Origin: Microcoleus sp.
GTDB taxonomy: Bacteria; Cyanobacteriota; Cyanobacteriia; Cyanobacteriales; Microcoleaceae
Reading direction: 5' to 3'
Length of the DNA stretch: 64,000 bases
Assembly (NCBI GenBank): GCA_042408215.1
Contig: JAYFMW010000020.1
Coordinates: 32,001 to 96,000, forward strand
A program made the translations under genes and the position numbers. The notes beneath the pieces are model-generated. The model was not told the origin of the DNA, did no database searches, and was given only the letters and a program-made list of their open reading frames with translations. Positions 61,932 to 64,000 of the stretch are shown piece by piece. The number at the start of each line of letters is the position of its first letter. The stretch's first letter is position 1.

Positions 61932-62771
61932 CTATTCGGCAGATTCGATGGATACGGGCGATCGTACAACAGCCGGCAGCGAAATTTTCTCAACCGCAGG
62001 AGTACAGCCCAGCCACTGCACAGACAATTCGGCAAACTGCTGTGGAGGGCCGCTCACACAAAAGCGAGTCGGCAGCGCAGTACCAGCATTCCGCAGCCCC
62101 AAAAGCTCCAACTCTTGAGCAGCAGCAGCCACCACCCGCACAGCAGGATCGATCGACTGCACCCCAACAGGCAAAAGCGATCGCAACACCGGAGCCAATA
62201 GCGGATAATGAGTGCAGCCGTAAATCAGCGTATCAATCCGCTGCTGAATCAAAGGAGCCAAATATTCCCGCGCCACCTCATAAGTGTAAGGATCATAAAT
62301 GCGGTTTTGCTCAATCAGCGGGACAAAAGCCGGACAGCTAACCTGCCAAACCAGGCAAGAATTATCCATTTCCCAAATCGCATTGCGATAAGCATTACTA
62401 GCAGCCGTAGCAGGCGTGGCGATGACTCCGATCCGCTTCCCTTGATGCACCGCAGCCTGGGCCCCCGGCAGAATAACTCCCAGCACCGGAATATCAAACT
62501 CAGCCTGCACCATCTCCATCGCCAAAGCAGAACTGGTGTTGCAGGCCATAATCACCATTTTGACATCCTGTTCCACCAGCCAAGCCATGATTTCGCGGAC
62601 AAACTGCACAATTTCCGCTGCAGAGCGAGTGCCGTAAGGTAGTCTCGCCGTATCTCCAAAATAAAGTATCGATTCCTTAGGCAATTGTCGGTACAACTCC
62701 CTCAAAACAGTCAAACCACCCACACCGCTATCAAAAATACCGATTCTTTGTTGTCCTGAGTCTGTTGTCAT
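61932..62771 (-). CDS. murI: Glutamate racemase
   Basis: FDSGVGGLTV, ACNT, GCTHYP. Confidence 0.96.
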   Translation of the reverse strand: MTTDSGQQRIGIFDSGVGGLTVLRELYRQLPKESILYFGDTARLPYGTRSAAEIVQFVREIMAWLVEQDVKMVIMACNTSSALAMEMVQAEFDIPVLGVILPGAQAAVHQGKRIGVIATPATAASNAYRNAIWEMDNSCLVWQVSCPAFVPLIEQNRIYDPYTYEVAREYLAPLIQQRIDTLIYGCTHYPLLAPVLRSLLPVGVQSIDPAVRVVAAAAQELELLGLRNAGTALPTRFCVSGPPQQFAELSVQWLGCTPAVEKISLPAVVRSPVSIESAE

Positions 62772-62784
62772 TTGTTAATTGTTT

Positions 62785-62945
62785 GTTAGTTGACTGTTGA
62801 CTGTTCACTGTTCACTGTTCACGGTTGACTGTTGACTGTTGACTGTTCACTGTTGGCTGTTCACTGTTCACTGTTGTCATTAGTTACCGATGCCCAATGC
62901 CCAATGCCCGATGCCCAATGCCCAATGCCCGATGCCCAATGCCCG
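62785..62945. repeat. Adjacent heptamer arrays (TGTTGAC/TGTTCAC)n and (ATGCCC[A/G])n
   Basis: Directly visible between the amidase gene and murI. Confidence 0.85.
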
Positions 62946-62949
62946 AATA

Positions 62950-64000
62950 TTACCTTTGCTGAAGGTACAACAAAATGCCACGGGCGATCGAAGCCGCCAT
63001 TTGACTGCGGTAAGCTGGATCGGAAAGCCTCGCAGCATCCTCAGCACCCGTCACAAAACCCACCTCCAGCAAAACAGAAGGCATAGTAGTCTTCCTCAAA
63101 ACGTAAAATCTAGCCTGACGCACCCGGCGGTCATCCGCCCCCGTCCCCTGTAAAATACTGCCGTGAATAGTCCTCGCCAAATCTAGTCCATTATCGAAAT
63201 AATACGTCTCAATCCCGTTCACATCGGGCCTGCTCATATTAATCGCATTAGCGTGAATGCTGACGAACAAAGTAGCATTCAACCGCTGGGCCAGAGAAAC
63301 TCTTGGTTCCAGGTCGATCTCGCTGTCGTCATTTCTACTCATCACTGCTTGGACTCCCTGCTGTTCCAGCAGTCTCGCCACCTGAAACGAGATATCTAAA
63401 ACAATGTCTTTCTCCTGAATCCCCCCAATCCCGACGGCACCAGGATCGCGGCCGCCGTGGCCAGGATCGATGACAACCACTGAGCGGCTGTTAGAAACTT
63501 GGGGCAAATCGCCCCCTCCGGCAGTTCTTCTCGGCAAAGGCACCGGATTGGGAGTTCGATCGAGTGGTGGCGGCACGCTAACAGAGGAGGGTATAGGAGG
63601 GTCTACCGTCAGGCGGCGAGGGGTGGCTGACTGCCTTGCGCCCGCAGGCTGTAGGGAAATACCGCCCAAACTACTCAAAGAAGCCCGCCACTGTGTGTTA
63701 GAACTATTCATCCGCAAAGTCACGCGGATCATGGGCGGATCCGTTGGTAGTTGCCGGACTTCAATCCGTTCAACGCCGTGCTTGCCGTTAGTCTGAGGCT
63801 GTTGACTGAAACGGCCAGGAGCGATAGTCGCCCCTTCAATATCCAGCGTGGCGATGTCAAGAGCCCGACTTTGTTGAAAGTTAATTTGCGGGCGGCCGCC
63901 TGTGGTGCGGATCAAAAAACCGTCTCCCGTCACCTGAACGTTCTGAACTACAGTGGTCTCCACAGAAGGCTCAGATGGTGCTAAAGGCTCAACCGACAAC
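62950..64000 (-). CDS. amiC: N-acetylmuramoyl-L-alanine amidase (AMIN + Amidase_3), 5' end outside window
   Basis: IDPGHGG.DPGA, EK, FVSIHAN, PSVLLEVGF; adjacent to murI. Confidence 0.88.
   Translation of the reverse strand, partial: LSVEPLAPSEPSVETTVVQNVQVTGDGFLIRTTGGRPQINFQQSRALDIATLDIEGATIAPGRFSQQPQTNGKHGVERIEVRQLPTDPPMIRVTLRMNSSNTQWRASLSSLGGISLQPAGARQSATPRRLTVDPPIPSSVSVPPPLDRTPNPVPLPRRTAGGGDLPQVSNSRSVVVIDPGHGGRDPGAVGIGGIQEKDIVLDISFQVARLLEQQGVQAVMSRNDDSEIDLEPRVSLAQRLNATLFVSIHANAINMSRPDVNGIETYYFDNGLDLARTIHGSILQGTGADDRRVRQARFYVLRKTTMPSVLLEVGFVTGAEDAARLSDPAYRSQMAASIARGILLYLQQR

Overview
Chromosomal window from a filamentous cyanobacterium, probably Microcoleus/Oscillatoriales (inferred from abundant GCGATCGC HIP1 sites, heptamer tandem arrays and gene content). 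Housekeeping genes include pdxJ, Tab2, pmbA/tldD, a ClC channel, bioF, ndhD, minCDE, pilT, tRNA-Asn, murI and an amidase. A 49-aa PirA-like gene missed by the ORF track lies behind an NtcA box. Four RNA-guided-nuclease elements are present: an IS605 with tnpA and tnpB, an intact IscB with its omegaRNA, an IS891-like tnpB, and a broken IS607-like tnpB. For three of them the ends, TAM and guide can be read from the sequence. MITE/REP/SDR repeats are dense and nested; one interrupts a HAD gene and several sit in-frame inside proteins. The best candidate for something undescribed is a stand-alone 1219-aa LRR protein of three capped modules (about 50 near-identical 69-bp repeats) whose variation is concentrated on the ligand-facing positions, like a diversifying receptor. 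Two large genes (S8 protease-RTX, ABC transporter) carry single frameshifts. No CRISPR array was seen. All family calls come from motif recognition; no searches were run.
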